IMG/VR virus record: IMGVR_UViG_3300027811_000005
Span: 1-53,071 of that record
Length of the DNA: 53,071 nt
Reading direction: 5' to 3' (one strand)
Source of the DNA: a virus
Lineage: Duplodnaviria > Caudoviricetes
The position numbers were made by a program, and so were the translations under genes. This document shows, in pieces, positions 10,452 to 19,264 of the stretch (the stretch's first letter is position 1; every line of letters starts with the position of its first letter). A model generated the notes under the pieces. That model saw only the letters and a list, made by a program, of their open reading frames with translations. It did not search any database and was not told the origin of the DNA.

Positions 10452-10787
10452 ATGTCAAAAGTAGAAACTTCCCAATCACCCAAAGAGGCCCTGGTTCAGT
10501 GGGCCAAGCGAAATTCGATAACTCCCGCCAAGTTATCTGAGAAGACCAGCTATAGCTATATGCACTGCTGGTCTTTGCTGCGTGGAAACACAGAGATCAC
10601 GGCCGGGACGCTGGGCTGGCTGACGCTGGCGTTTGGGGCAGAGTCGGTGGCCGAGATCGCCGAGGCGATGCGGGCGGACATGCAGGATGCTCCGGCCGCG
10701 CCGAATGGGAAGAAGAAGGGCCGGGCCGTTGGGAAAGTAGGCCCTCATCCACTGCCCTTCTCCCGTGGAACGGGAGAAGGGAGTTGA
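10452..10787 (+). CDS. Cro-like HTH regulator
   Basis: ITPAKLSEKTSYSYMHCWSLLRG HTH-like; AGGAG RBS; divergent from repressor. Confidence 0.7.
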   Translation: MSKVETSQSPKEALVQWAKRNSITPAKLSEKTSYSYMHCWSLLRGNTEITAGTLGWLTLAFGAESVAEIAEAMRADMQDAPAAPNGKKKGRAVGKVGPHPLPFSRGTGEGS

Positions 10788-10795
10788 GGTGAACT

Positions 10796-10993
10796 ATGGC
10801 TACTCTGAAACCAAAACAGATCACCATTATTTACGAAGATCTATTCACTCGCACGAAACCAGAGGGCGAGGCTCGAATAATTCGATACCTTGGATCCTGC
10901 GAACCCAATGTAGAAATGTACTTGGTTCATTTCATTGGCGATCAACCTGGGCAAAACGTTGAACGGCGAATTTTTACTGGAGCACAGTCCTAA
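10796..10993 (+). CDS. Hypothetical protein
   Basis: GAGGTG RBS; operon position. Confidence 0.6.
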   Translation: MATLKPKQITIIYEDLFTRTKPEGEARIIRYLGSCEPNVEMYLVHFIGDQPGQNVERRIFTGAQS

Positions 10994-11005
10994 TAGGAGA
11001 TTCTA

Positions 11006-11366
11006 ATGGCACACGCAACTGAGTTGGTGATATGGGGAGTGGGTGGCGCACTTGGTGGCTGATTGGCTGCTTCAGAATGATTGGATGGCCGTGAACAAGT
11101 GCGATCTGAGTCATCCGGCGGCCTGGGTGCACGGCGGGATCCACGTTCTGGCTTTGCTGTTCGTCTTTCCGGCTCCGGTGGCGGTTGTGCTAGGCATGGC
11201 GCATGTGGTCATTGACACTCGCAAGCCGCTGACTTGGTGGCGTGTGGCGATCCGGCAGATCAACGACAGCACGGTGCAGTCGTGGACGATAAGTGTATGG
11301 AATGATCAGGCGCTGCATATCGCGTTGATTGCTCTGGCGGCGATCCTGGTGGCAAGATTGGGTTGA
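11006..11366 (+). pseudogene. DUF3307-like membrane protein with apparent +1 frameshift near 11040
   Basis: AHLVADWLLQNDWMA...H...HVVIDTR...DQALH motifs; RBS+ATG at 11006 is out of frame with the body starting 11043. Confidence 0.65.
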
Positions 11367-11515
11367 TGTTCGGTTCCTCTTGTTTGGCTGCCAACTATCG
11401 CTAACTGTTCGGGAACGAATAGAAACCGCTTGGGCGAGCGGGATGATAGATTGGCAGCCAATCAAGAGGGACTGAGCAGGATGCGGGATGCAAGAGGCAC
11501 GAAGGAGAAGATGAG

Positions 11516-11713
11516 ATGAAGGAAACAAAGAAGGCTCCGTGGTGGCTCCGACTTGTGCAATCGCTGGGCCTGGCGAATAGGCCGCACCAAGCTCAACTTG
11601 CGATACGGGGAACATCGAAGCACGCACGGGCAAGGACCAGGCCGATGGATTGGGACAAGAAGCGCAGGAAGGCGCGATTGATGGCCAAAGAGTCGCGCCG
11701 GCGCAATCGGTGA
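11516..11713 (+). CDS. Small basic hypothetical protein
   Basis: GGAG RBS; K/R-rich. Confidence 0.5.
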   Translation: MKETKKAPWWLRLVQSLGLANRPHQAQLAIRGTSKHARARTRPMDWDKKRRKARLMAKESRRRNR

Positions 11714-11751
11714 AAGGGCAACCACGAGGGTTGCCCATACAGGGGGGGACA

Positions 11752-12084
11752 ATGGGAATGATCATGTTGAATGGGACGCAGGCGCTCAACCTGGATCAAG
11801 TGGTGGACGTGAAATACACGCCAGAGCATGAAGGTGATCAACCTACCGAATACTTTGATCAGGAAATTGGCAAGATGGTGTGTGGACTGTTCATCATCAT
11901 TTTGCATCCAGGGATTGAGATCACGACGACGGCGGTCAAGCTCGAGACGCTAGAGTATGACTATAGCCCGTTCCATGCTGTCGGTGGGTGTGCGAGCAAG
12001 GTCATCACACTGACGGGTGAAGATGCCGATATTGTATGGAAGTATATCGAATCCCGCTGCGATGTTCCAGTGTTGGAGGCGTGA
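11752..12084 (+). CDS. Hypothetical protein
   Basis: MGMIMLNG... start after REP-like repeat; stop overlaps recombinase ATG. Confidence 0.6.
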   Translation: MGMIMLNGTQALNLDQVVDVKYTPEHEGDQPTEYFDQEIGKMVCGLFIIILHPGIEITTTAVKLETLEYDYSPFHAVGGCASKVITLTGEDADIVWKYIESRCDVPVLEA

Positions 12085-13463
12085 TGGATAGCTTGGCGAT
12101 CGTCACGCAGGCCGAACAAGTCAGCGCTGGGCTGCAAAGGGCAACCCAGCGGGTTGCCCCTACCTTCGAGGTTGGGCCAAGGTTCTTTGAGAGCCGGGCG
12201 CGGTGGCTGGAGTGCCGTGATCACTGGTTGGAGATCAAGGCTGCGAGCTCGGGCTGGGAGAATACGCGGCGGGCATACCTGCGGGATTGGTCGGCGTTCC
12301 ACACGTTTTTGACGGATCGGCCCGAGCCGCTGGACTTTTGGAAGGTGGACGGGATGGTGGCCGGGGCGTGGATCGAATCGCTGCAAGCGCGGGGAATCGG
12401 CGATACGAGCATCAACCGGATGATCAGTGCGCTTTCCAGCTTTTATACGCACGCGACGACGCTGTTTTTGGTGGAGGTGCCAGGATACGATAGGCGCGTG
12501 CCACTATGGCCGAATGTGTTCGGGAACCCGTTCAAGCAGGTACAACGAATCAAGGTGCACGACAAGACGAACCGGCGCGAGTGGCCAACGCCGGACGAGA
12601 TGTTCCGGGTGTTTGACGGGATCGCGCTCACGTCGGCGCTGGACTGGCGGGACATGGCGATCCTGATGGGGATTTACATGACCTCGCGCCGGTCGTCCGA
12701 GTGGTTGAATTTGCAATGGAAGAATCTGCACGCTGAGGGCGACGAGTTCTGGTTCGAGTACCGCAATAAGGGCGGGGACCAGAAAAAGCAAGCGATGCTG
12801 CCCGAGTTGTATCAGTTGATCGTCCGGTATTTGCAGGAGGCGGGACGGTTGCCATTGCAACCAGACGATTTTGTGTTCGTGGCGCTCTCCGAGTATGCCA
12901 GGCGGCTGCGCAAGGCGGCGCGCGTGGTGATGCCCGCCGGGTTCCGTTTGGTGGAATGGTTGCTGGAGAACGGCGAGGCGGTAGAGGCTTACGCCGAGCT
13001 GGTGCGTGTGAACCACGACGGGGCGGTGTCTGTCTTGCGGGCAGAGGCGAGCGGGACGCTCAAGATTTTTGCCAAGCACCAGGCGCGCGCTGATGGGGCG
13101 GCGGTGATCGGGAGTGTGCTGGGTGAGTTCGTCGTCGGAAAGGACTATGTTCCTTCGGCGCATCCGTTGAGCAATCATTCGGCGAACGGTATGTTCAAGC
13201 GGCGCGGGGCGGCGGCCGGTGTTGACCTGGAAAAGTTGCACCTGCATGGGGGGCGGCACGCGCGGGCGAACCGGGAGTGGACAGCGAAGGATCGGGATAT
13301 TGTGTATCTCCGGGATTTGCTTGGGCATCGGTCATTGAGCACGACTGAGATGTACGGGCAGAGTCATTTTGCTGTGCCGACTGATAACCGGTCGGATGCG
13401 GTATGGGATGAGGCGGCGCCCAAACAGTTGCGGGCGCTGCTGGCGGTGGGGAAGGGGAGTTAG
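12084..13463 (+). CDS. Tyrosine recombinase with inserted lipoyl/biotinyl-like domain
   Basis: SAM-like N-domain (NTRRAYLRD, SINRMISALSSFY); catalytic R (SRRSSE), K (NKGG), HGGRH, LLGH, TTEMY. Confidence 0.9.
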   Translation: MDSLAIVTQAEQVSAGLQRATQRVAPTFEVGPRFFESRARWLECRDHWLEIKAASSGWENTRRAYLRDWSAFHTFLTDRPEPLDFWKVDGMVAGAWIESLQARGIGDTSINRMISALSSFYTHATTLFLVEVPGYDRRVPLWPNVFGNPFKQVQRIKVHDKTNRREWPTPDEMFRVFDGIALTSALDWRDMAILMGIYMTSRRSSEWLNLQWKNLHAEGDEFWFEYRNKGGDQKKQAMLPELYQLIVRYLQEAGRLPLQPDDFVFVALSEYARRLRKAARVVMPAGFRLVEWLLENGEAVEAYAELVRVNHDGAVSVLRAEASGTLKIFAKHQARADGAAVIGSVLGEFVVGKDYVPSAHPLSNHSANGMFKRRGAAAGVDLEKLHLHGGRHARANREWTAKDRDIVYLRDLLGHRSLSTTEMYGQSHFAVPTDNRSDAVWDEAAPKQLRALLAVGKGS

Positions 13464-13556
13464 GCCCTCATCCCTTCGACCTTGCTCAGGGCAAGCCCTG
13501 CCCCCCTTATCCCAAAGATTGGGAGTAGGGAGGCAGGAGGCGATCTGGAGGCTTAT

Positions 13557-14441
13557 ATGAAACAGTGCTATATCGAAAAGCGGTTCAACACATCCAGCCA
13601 GGTGATCATCAGCCAGGTCAACACTATCCTTGAAGAATATCGTGGGCTGGGCTACGTCCTGACTCTTCGGCAACTCTACTATCAACTCGTCGCGCGGGGT
13701 TATGTCGAAAACGATATGAAGTCGTACAAGCGCGTCGGCTCGATTATTTCTGATGCACGGTTGGCGGGGCTGGTTGACTGGAGCATGATCGAGGACAGAG
13801 GCCGTGACGTCGTTGCCCCACCCCACTGGACAAGCCCCGCCGAAATCGTGGAGGCTGCCGCTCGCCAATTTGCAATTGACAAGTGGGCAGACCAATCTTA
13901 CCACGTAGAGGTCATGGTCGAGAAACAAGCCCTCGAAGGCGTCCTGATACCTGTGTGCCGCGAACTTGACATCTCTTTCACGGCCAACCGCGGTTATAGC
14001 TCGTCCTCTGCCATGCGAGAAGCAGGACTACGCATCATGGAGAAAATGGGCGCGGGCAAGGATGTCGTTATTTTCTACCTGGGAGACCACGACCCCAGCG
14101 GCATGGACATGACTCGCGACGTGCGCGAGCGATTGGGATTGTTCGCTGAAACTGAACTCATCGAAGTGGACCGTCTAGCGCTCAATTATGACCAAATCGA
14201 AGTCCTCAACCCACCCGAAAACCCGGCCAAGACCACAGATAGCCGGGCACAAGCCTACATCGCAGAGTTTGGAGAATCATCCTGGGAACTGGATGCCATC
14301 GAGCCGCGTGCTTTGGCAGATCTAGTGCGTCAGGCTACCCTTGCACTTCGGGACGAGCGCCTGTGGGACAGCAACATCAAAGAGGAAGCAAGGATGAAAA
14401 AGGCGCTGATGAACTTTGCTGCCACCTACGAGCAAGATTAG
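13557..14441 (+). CDS. Topo VI-A/Spo11-like TOPRIM-domain protein
   Basis: LTLRQLYYQLV (wHTH Tyr), VEVMVEKQAL, YLGDHDPSG (DxD), WELDAIEP. Confidence 0.8.
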   Translation: MKQCYIEKRFNTSSQVIISQVNTILEEYRGLGYVLTLRQLYYQLVARGYVENDMKSYKRVGSIISDARLAGLVDWSMIEDRGRDVVAPPHWTSPAEIVEAAARQFAIDKWADQSYHVEVMVEKQALEGVLIPVCRELDISFTANRGYSSSSAMREAGLRIMEKMGAGKDVVIFYLGDHDPSGMDMTRDVRERLGLFAETELIEVDRLALNYDQIEVLNPPENPAKTTDSRAQAYIAEFGESSWELDAIEPRALADLVRQATLALRDERLWDSNIKEEARMKKALMNFAATYEQD

Positions 14442-14595
14442 ACATTGTAGCAAGGTGCTGGGGGCTGGTGGCGTCCAGGCTGGCCAGCCCCTAGCGCCTT
14501 GATATGCTCCGCCAAAGTGGGCGCGGAAACCACGCCCCTACGGTACTGATAATAAGGCATTATGAGTTCAAAGGGAAGAAACGGGAGGGGAACGG

Positions 14596-14931
14596 ATGGG
14601 AAACGGGAACTTTGTAGAACTGCTGTTCGCGGTCATGGCAGCACTATTTCTGTTCGGATGTCTCTACAACGCCTTCGTGGCGCGCATCGAGCACGATGGT
14701 CAAGATCGCGGGTTTACGGCGTTCCTGGTGGTGGGCGGGGTCCTGGTCACGGTCGTGGCAGCCGGGTTGATTATCGGCCTGAGAGATGTGGCGATCCTGT
14801 TGGTTTGCTTTTCTGCCAGTGGGTTGCCCATGATCTGGGGTGGCTGGTCGAGGTATGCCAAGACGCGCCAGGCAGAGGAGAAGAAGGCAATCGAGATCAC
14901 CCGGAAGTTGCTCGACCGTGGTGGGTTATGA
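14596..14931 (+). CDS. Membrane protein (3 TM)
   Basis: Three hydrophobic segments; GGAGG RBS. Confidence 0.7.
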   Translation: MGNGNFVELLFAVMAALFLFGCLYNAFVARIEHDGQDRGFTAFLVVGGVLVTVVAAGLIIGLRDVAILLVCFSASGLPMIWGGWSRYAKTRQAEEKKAIEITRKLLDRGGL

Positions 14932-15143
14932 CTCAAAGGAAGGTAGGGGGCTATGGGTGGGCACAGGAGATCAATCGCGCGATTCGGGCAAACGACAAGG
15001 CGCGAGCGGCTGTGAGAAGAATCCTGGACGATAGACCCGGACCACAAATGATGGCGCTGATGTTGGCAGAGATTGCGATTTGCTTGAGTGAGAACCGGGC
15101 AGCGCTGGAGGAGGTGAACCGGATCGGAAAAGAAACTGGGTAG
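14928..15143 (+). CDS. Hypothetical protein
   Basis: ATGA overlap with the previous gene. Confidence 0.55.
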   Translation: MTQRKVGGYGWAQEINRAIRANDKARAAVRRILDDRPGPQMMALMLAEIAICLSENRAALEEVNRIGKETG

Positions 15144-15227
15144 GCAGTTGGAAATAGAGAGGGCGGGAGACCACAAGGACGGGCAACCACGAGGGTTGCC
15201 CCTACGAGCAGAAGGGGGTAAAGGGGA

Positions 15228-16220
15228 ATGGACGAACAGGGGAATACACAATTGGTAGCATTTGACGCCGGGGCTGGCGCCGTGAAGGTGTGGACCGGAA
15301 CGGTCGGCGTGGAGATTCCCAGCCAGGTGGCGGTGGACGGTCAGCGGATGGCAACGGTGATGATGGGCCTGCGGAAGGCCAAGCCGCCGATGCAGATTGG
15401 GTTTGACGGCGGGGAATTTTTCGTCGGCCCGGGTGCGCACGACTGGGGTCGCGCTGTGGAGAACCTGGATTACGAGCGGTTGACGGGGACGCCAGAGATG
15501 CGTGCGCTGTTTTACGCGGCGCTGACGGGCCTGGTAGCCGGTGCTCAGACACTTAAACTGGCCGTGATCGTTGGGTTGCCGATCGAGGCGTTGGGGTCCG
15601 AGACGGTGACGGCGCTGAAGGCATGGATGCTCGTCCAGCATCATTGGGCGACGAATGATGTGAACTATTCCGCGACGGTGACGGATGTGCGCTGCACCAG
15701 TCAGCCGGTCGGCGCGCTGTTCGACTATCTGCTCGACGATGAGGGGAGCTTTATCGCCAACCGCGCGAGCGCGTTCAAGGGCGAGGCAGGAGTCATCAGC
15801 ATCGGTCACAGTACGGTGGAGCTCCTGGGCGTGCGCAATCGGACACCTGTGCAAAAGTGGACGCGGGGAACAACGCTGGGCGTTCAGCGACTCTTGGACA
15901 TTATCCGGGGCGATCAATCCTATACGCGCGGCGAATTGGATGAGCGGCTGCGCGCAGGTAAACTGGATGTTCGCAACGCTCTACCGGTATGGTGGAGCGA
16001 GATCGCTGGGCACCTGGATCACGAATGGGGCCGCGACTGGCGCAGGTTTGAGATTGTCATCGCCGTGGGCGGCGGGACGGTTTTGTTGCGCTCTCAGTTG
16101 GAGCACAAGTTTGGAACGAAGGTATTCATCCCGGAGCAGCCCGTGATGTCGGTTGCACGGGGACTGTGGAAGCTGGGGATGAGCCAGGTGAAGAAAACTG
16201 ACCGGGAGGTGACAAAATGA
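15228..16220 (+). CDS. ParM/StbA-family actin-like partition ATPase
   Basis: AFDAGAGAVK phosphate-1, IVGLP, SQPVGA, ISIGHSTVE phosphate-2, AVGGG, SVARGL. Confidence 0.9.
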   Translation: MDEQGNTQLVAFDAGAGAVKVWTGTVGVEIPSQVAVDGQRMATVMMGLRKAKPPMQIGFDGGEFFVGPGAHDWGRAVENLDYERLTGTPEMRALFYAALTGLVAGAQTLKLAVIVGLPIEALGSETVTALKAWMLVQHHWATNDVNYSATVTDVRCTSQPVGALFDYLLDDEGSFIANRASAFKGEAGVISIGHSTVELLGVRNRTPVQKWTRGTTLGVQRLLDIIRGDQSYTRGELDERLRAGKLDVRNALPVWWSEIAGHLDHEWGRDWRRFEIVIAVGGGTVLLRSQLEHKFGTKVFIPEQPVMSVARGLWKLGMSQVKKTDREVTK

Positions 16221-16615
16221 AATCTACTGTTCAAACACGCATCTTTATCAGCCTCACAACGGAAGAGGCGCGCGCTGCAGTCAACAATGCAATTGATCTG
16301 CAACTGTGTATCCGCAGCGCGTTATACCAGATTGACGGCACGCCAGTGGCTACCCTGATCGAGCAAAACCGAAGGCAACTCACAGCGCCCCACTCCGCGA
16401 AGAACAAGCGCAAACTCACCGTGCACACGCGCACAGCCGCAAGACGAGCGCCCAAAATACCGAACGCTGAAAGGATCGAGTGCCCGCAGTGCCATAAGCC
16501 GGTCAAGGCGCGCGGCCTGGGCGTTCACATGGCGCGCAAGCACAAGCCGTCGTCGGTTGAGACAGGTGGGCTAATCTTTACGGCTGACAACATAGCACTG
16601 AAAAAGGTGCGGTGA
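16217..16615 (+). CDS. Hypothetical protein with C2H2 zinc finger
   Basis: CPQC...HMARKH. Confidence 0.65.
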   Translation: MKSTVQTRIFISLTTEEARAAVNNAIDLQLCIRSALYQIDGTPVATLIEQNRRQLTAPHSAKNKRKLTVHTRTAARRAPKIPNAERIECPQCHKPVKARGLGVHMARKHKPSSVETGGLIFTADNIALKKVR

Positions 16616-16618
16616 TAA

Positions 16619-16864
16619 GTGGCAGGGGTCAGCGGGCGCTCGGGATCCGTGAAGCGGATTATTTTGAGTCGGGTGATGCGTGTATCGCTTACTTCGAGCG
16701 ACGCTGACCTGCTGCCATTTTTCGAGGGACTGGAACGACTGCCAGCGGGGAGGCGGAACGCGGCGCTATTGGCGGCGATCCGGGGCGGGGCAGCCGAGGC
16801 GGGGCGGATGATGGTCACGGAGGATGCCGAGTTGGCCCAGGCGGCGGGTGAGTTTTTGGTGTAG
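16619..16864 (+). CDS. Putative ParR-like small DNA-binding adaptor
   Basis: VSLTSSDADLLPFFEGLERLPAGRRNAALLAAIR resembles RHH proteins found downstream of parM. Confidence 0.5.
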   Translation: MAGVSGRSGSVKRIILSRVMRVSLTSSDADLLPFFEGLERLPAGRRNAALLAAIRGGAAEAGRMMVTEDAELAQAAGEFLV

Positions 16865-16944
16865 CCCTCAACCCCCGGCCCCTTCTCCCGAAGATCTGGA
16901 GAAGGGGAGAGGAAGGGGAAGGGGTCAAATAAAGAGGAGGAAGC

Positions 16945-17391
16945 ATGGACGAGAAGGTTGAAACCGGGCAATGGATCATCGCAGAACTGATGGGGCGCAA
17001 GGTTGTGGCGGGGTACGGATCTCAATCGGTGCGCTTTGGCGTACCGCTGCTGAGGATTGATGTGCCAGATACGTCGGCTTTCCCGGCCTTTACCGTCGAG
17101 TACGGTGGGCCAGCCATCTATGGCGTGACCTACGTATCTGAGGAGGTTGCCCGGATGACGGCCGAGCACGCAAAAATCAATCCTGTCAGCGTGTATGTGC
17201 CGGACCTGGCGGCGGCGCAAAAGGCGATGCTGGAAAACGAAAAGCTGCGCAGGGCATACGATGAGATGCGCGACCGGTTGCTCAAGGTCAAGGGGTTGCC
17301 TGAGCCTGGGCCAGGAGACCCGGATACTGATCCTACACGGCTGATCGGCGAGGATGACGAGTTGTTCGATGCCGACGAGGATGAGTTTTAG
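16945..17391 (+). CDS. Conserved phage hypothetical protein
   Basis: WIIAELMG...LLRIDVPD...GGPAIYGVT; GGAGG RBS. Confidence 0.7.
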   Translation: MDEKVETGQWIIAELMGRKVVAGYGSQSVRFGVPLLRIDVPDTSAFPAFTVEYGGPAIYGVTYVSEEVARMTAEHAKINPVSVYVPDLAAAQKAMLENEKLRRAYDEMRDRLLKVKGLPEPGPGDPDTDPTRLIGEDDELFDADEDEF

Positions 17392-17436
17392 CCCTCAACC
17401 CCCGGCCCCTTCTCCCAAGGATTGGGAGAAGGGGAG

Positions 17437-17742
17437 ATGATGCAGGGGACTGATAAGAATGGGTTATGGGTGCCGGGTACGGCACTGAGCGTGCTGAGTA
17501 CAGCACGGAAGCTGGGGTGGGATATGTCGTTTGAACTTTTATGCGGGGGGGCGTTGGTTTTGGGTGGGGTTGCGGTGGGGATCGCATTCGCCCAGATCTG
17601 GCAGAACAAGACGGTCCGAGCCGTGGCGGCACTAGTTGTTTTGGTTGGCGGAGGCTGGTTCATCGCCAATCACTATGAGCAAATCGTCCAGGCTTGGGAA
17701 CAGATCAATCATCTGGTCGGGTTCCTGGGAGGGTTGCGATGA
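17437..17742 (+). CDS. Membrane protein
   Basis: Two TM helices; start uncertain. Confidence 0.55.
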   Translation: MMQGTDKNGLWVPGTALSVLSTARKLGWDMSFELLCGGALVLGGVAVGIAFAQIWQNKTVRAVAALVVLVGGGWFIANHYEQIVQAWEQINHLVGFLGGLR

Positions 17743-18152
17743 AGTCATTGGAGACAACGAAACCCTCGACGACCTGGATCGCGTTGAGTGTTGTTTTCTC
17801 TGCCGGGTTCGTCTGCGCGGTGTCAGTCATAAGCCCCGCAGCGCTGCGAGCAGTTCCGGCCTCTTCCGTTGTGATTGGTTTTTTGGTGGTATTGGTGATC
17901 GGTCTGGCAGCAGCAGCGGCGGGAGGGGTGGCGATCTGGCAATGGCAAGAACAGCGAACCAAGCAAGAGCGTTGGGAGCGGGCAACACAATTGTATGCGC
18001 TGGCGGCAGGCAAGCATGGAGAGGGACGAGGACAGGCTCGCCACATGGCTGCTCCTGGAAATCAGGGCACGGTATTGGCCTTGCCGGTGTTATCCGCGCA
18101 GGACGATGAAGACGAACCGGTGATGGTGTTTGGAAAGTGGGGGGCACCATGA
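17739..18152 (+). CDS. Membrane protein
   Basis: Two TM helices; ATGA overlaps at both ends. Confidence 0.65.
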   Translation: MKSLETTKPSTTWIALSVVFSAGFVCAVSVISPAALRAVPASSVVIGFLVVLVIGLAAAAAGGVAIWQWQEQRTKQERWERATQLYALAAGKHGEGRGQARHMAAPGNQGTVLALPVLSAQDDEDEPVMVFGKWGAP

Positions 18153-19264
18153 AGGCAAGCACGACTCTTTTAGCGATTCTGTCTGCATTGATTTTGACTG
18201 CAATGCTGGCTCTTTCGGCGTGCGATGTTCAAACGATACCACAGAGCATGGAGACAGTTGGCTCGGGCGCCGCTGAAACGAGCGCCGCGTATGCGGGGGG
18301 ACAACTTACCGTGCAGGCGGCATTGTACCGAGTGACGCTTGAGGCGCAGCAGGCACAGACCAATCGAGAGCAGCAAGCGCAGGCTGCGACGCAGACTGCG
18401 GCGCAAGTTATGCGGGCTTCCGAAGCAGAGCACAGAGCGTTACTGGCCACTGAATCTGCACAAGCGACCGAACGAACTTTGCGCGCAACGGAGGCAGCGG
18501 CACAACTCGCTGCAACTGAGCGGGCCTGGCAAGCAACGGTTCAGGCTCAAGCGACTGATCATGCTATCCAAGCAACCGCTACAGAGCGGGCCTGGCAAGC
18601 AACGGCAGTGGCCCAAGCGACCGATAGCAGTTTGAGAGCCACGGACCGCGCAGTCGCCATGACAGCAACCCGGACGGCTGCGCAAGCGACCGAGACGCGC
18701 CAGGCTGCACTAGCGACTGCGACGCGACAAGCCGAGGAACGCGGCGAAGCGATGGCTTCTTTGCGTGACTATGGTATTCCTCTCGTGCTGCTGGCATTGG
18801 CCGGTGGAATTATCGCCGCGATCATCGTTGGGGCACGCTGGATTGCCAAGCGGCCGGTTGTATTTCCGCGCAATCCATTGGGGGACGCGGATCCGGTCGG
18901 AGTTCCACAGGACGGCGGTGGCTATGCTTTTCTCGACATTGACCGGCAACCAGGGCCGGTTATCAAGGTATTGCCGAATGGAATCGTCGAAGCACCCTTG
19001 CTGCGCTCGGCAGATCAGGAGGAGCGGACTACGGCGCGGGATCAGGCTGTGGATGGGGTAAGCCGCCCAAGATTGGGATCAGGCAGCAAGAGCGAAACGC
19101 AAGCGATGCTGCCCATGTCACCTCCGCCTTATCCCCAGGTGCCGGGGTTGCGCAGTATTCGGATTTTGCGGCGGGGGGATCAAGCGGTACGAGCCGGAGC
19201 ATTGCCGCCTGCGCAGTGGGAGGCAATTCAAGCGGATTGGAACAGCGGGGTGGGAGATGAGTGA
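18149..19264 (+). CDS. Lipoprotein-like/membrane protein with A/T/Q-rich helical repeats
   Basis: LSAC lipobox-like, ATERAWQAT repeats, second TM helix. Confidence 0.7.
   Translation: MKASTTLLAILSALILTAMLALSACDVQTIPQSMETVGSGAAETSAAYAGGQLTVQAALYRVTLEAQQAQTNREQQAQAATQTAAQVMRASEAEHRALLATESAQATERTLRATEAAAQLAATERAWQATVQAQATDHAIQATATERAWQATAVAQATDSSLRATDRAVAMTATRTAAQATETRQAALATATRQAEERGEAMASLRDYGIPLVLLALAGGIIAAIIVGARWIAKRPVVFPRNPLGDADPVGVPQDGGGYAFLDIDRQPGPVIKVLPNGIVEAPLLRSADQEERTTARDQAVDGVSRPRLGSGSKSETQAMLPMSPPPYPQVPGLRSIRILRRGDQAVRAGALPPAQWEAIQADWNSGVGDE

Noticed and set aside
14700-15917. Long antisense ORFs (for example 405 aa here, also 12504-13328 and 50603-51511)
   Set aside because: Shadows of GC-rich genes on the opposite strand; no motifs
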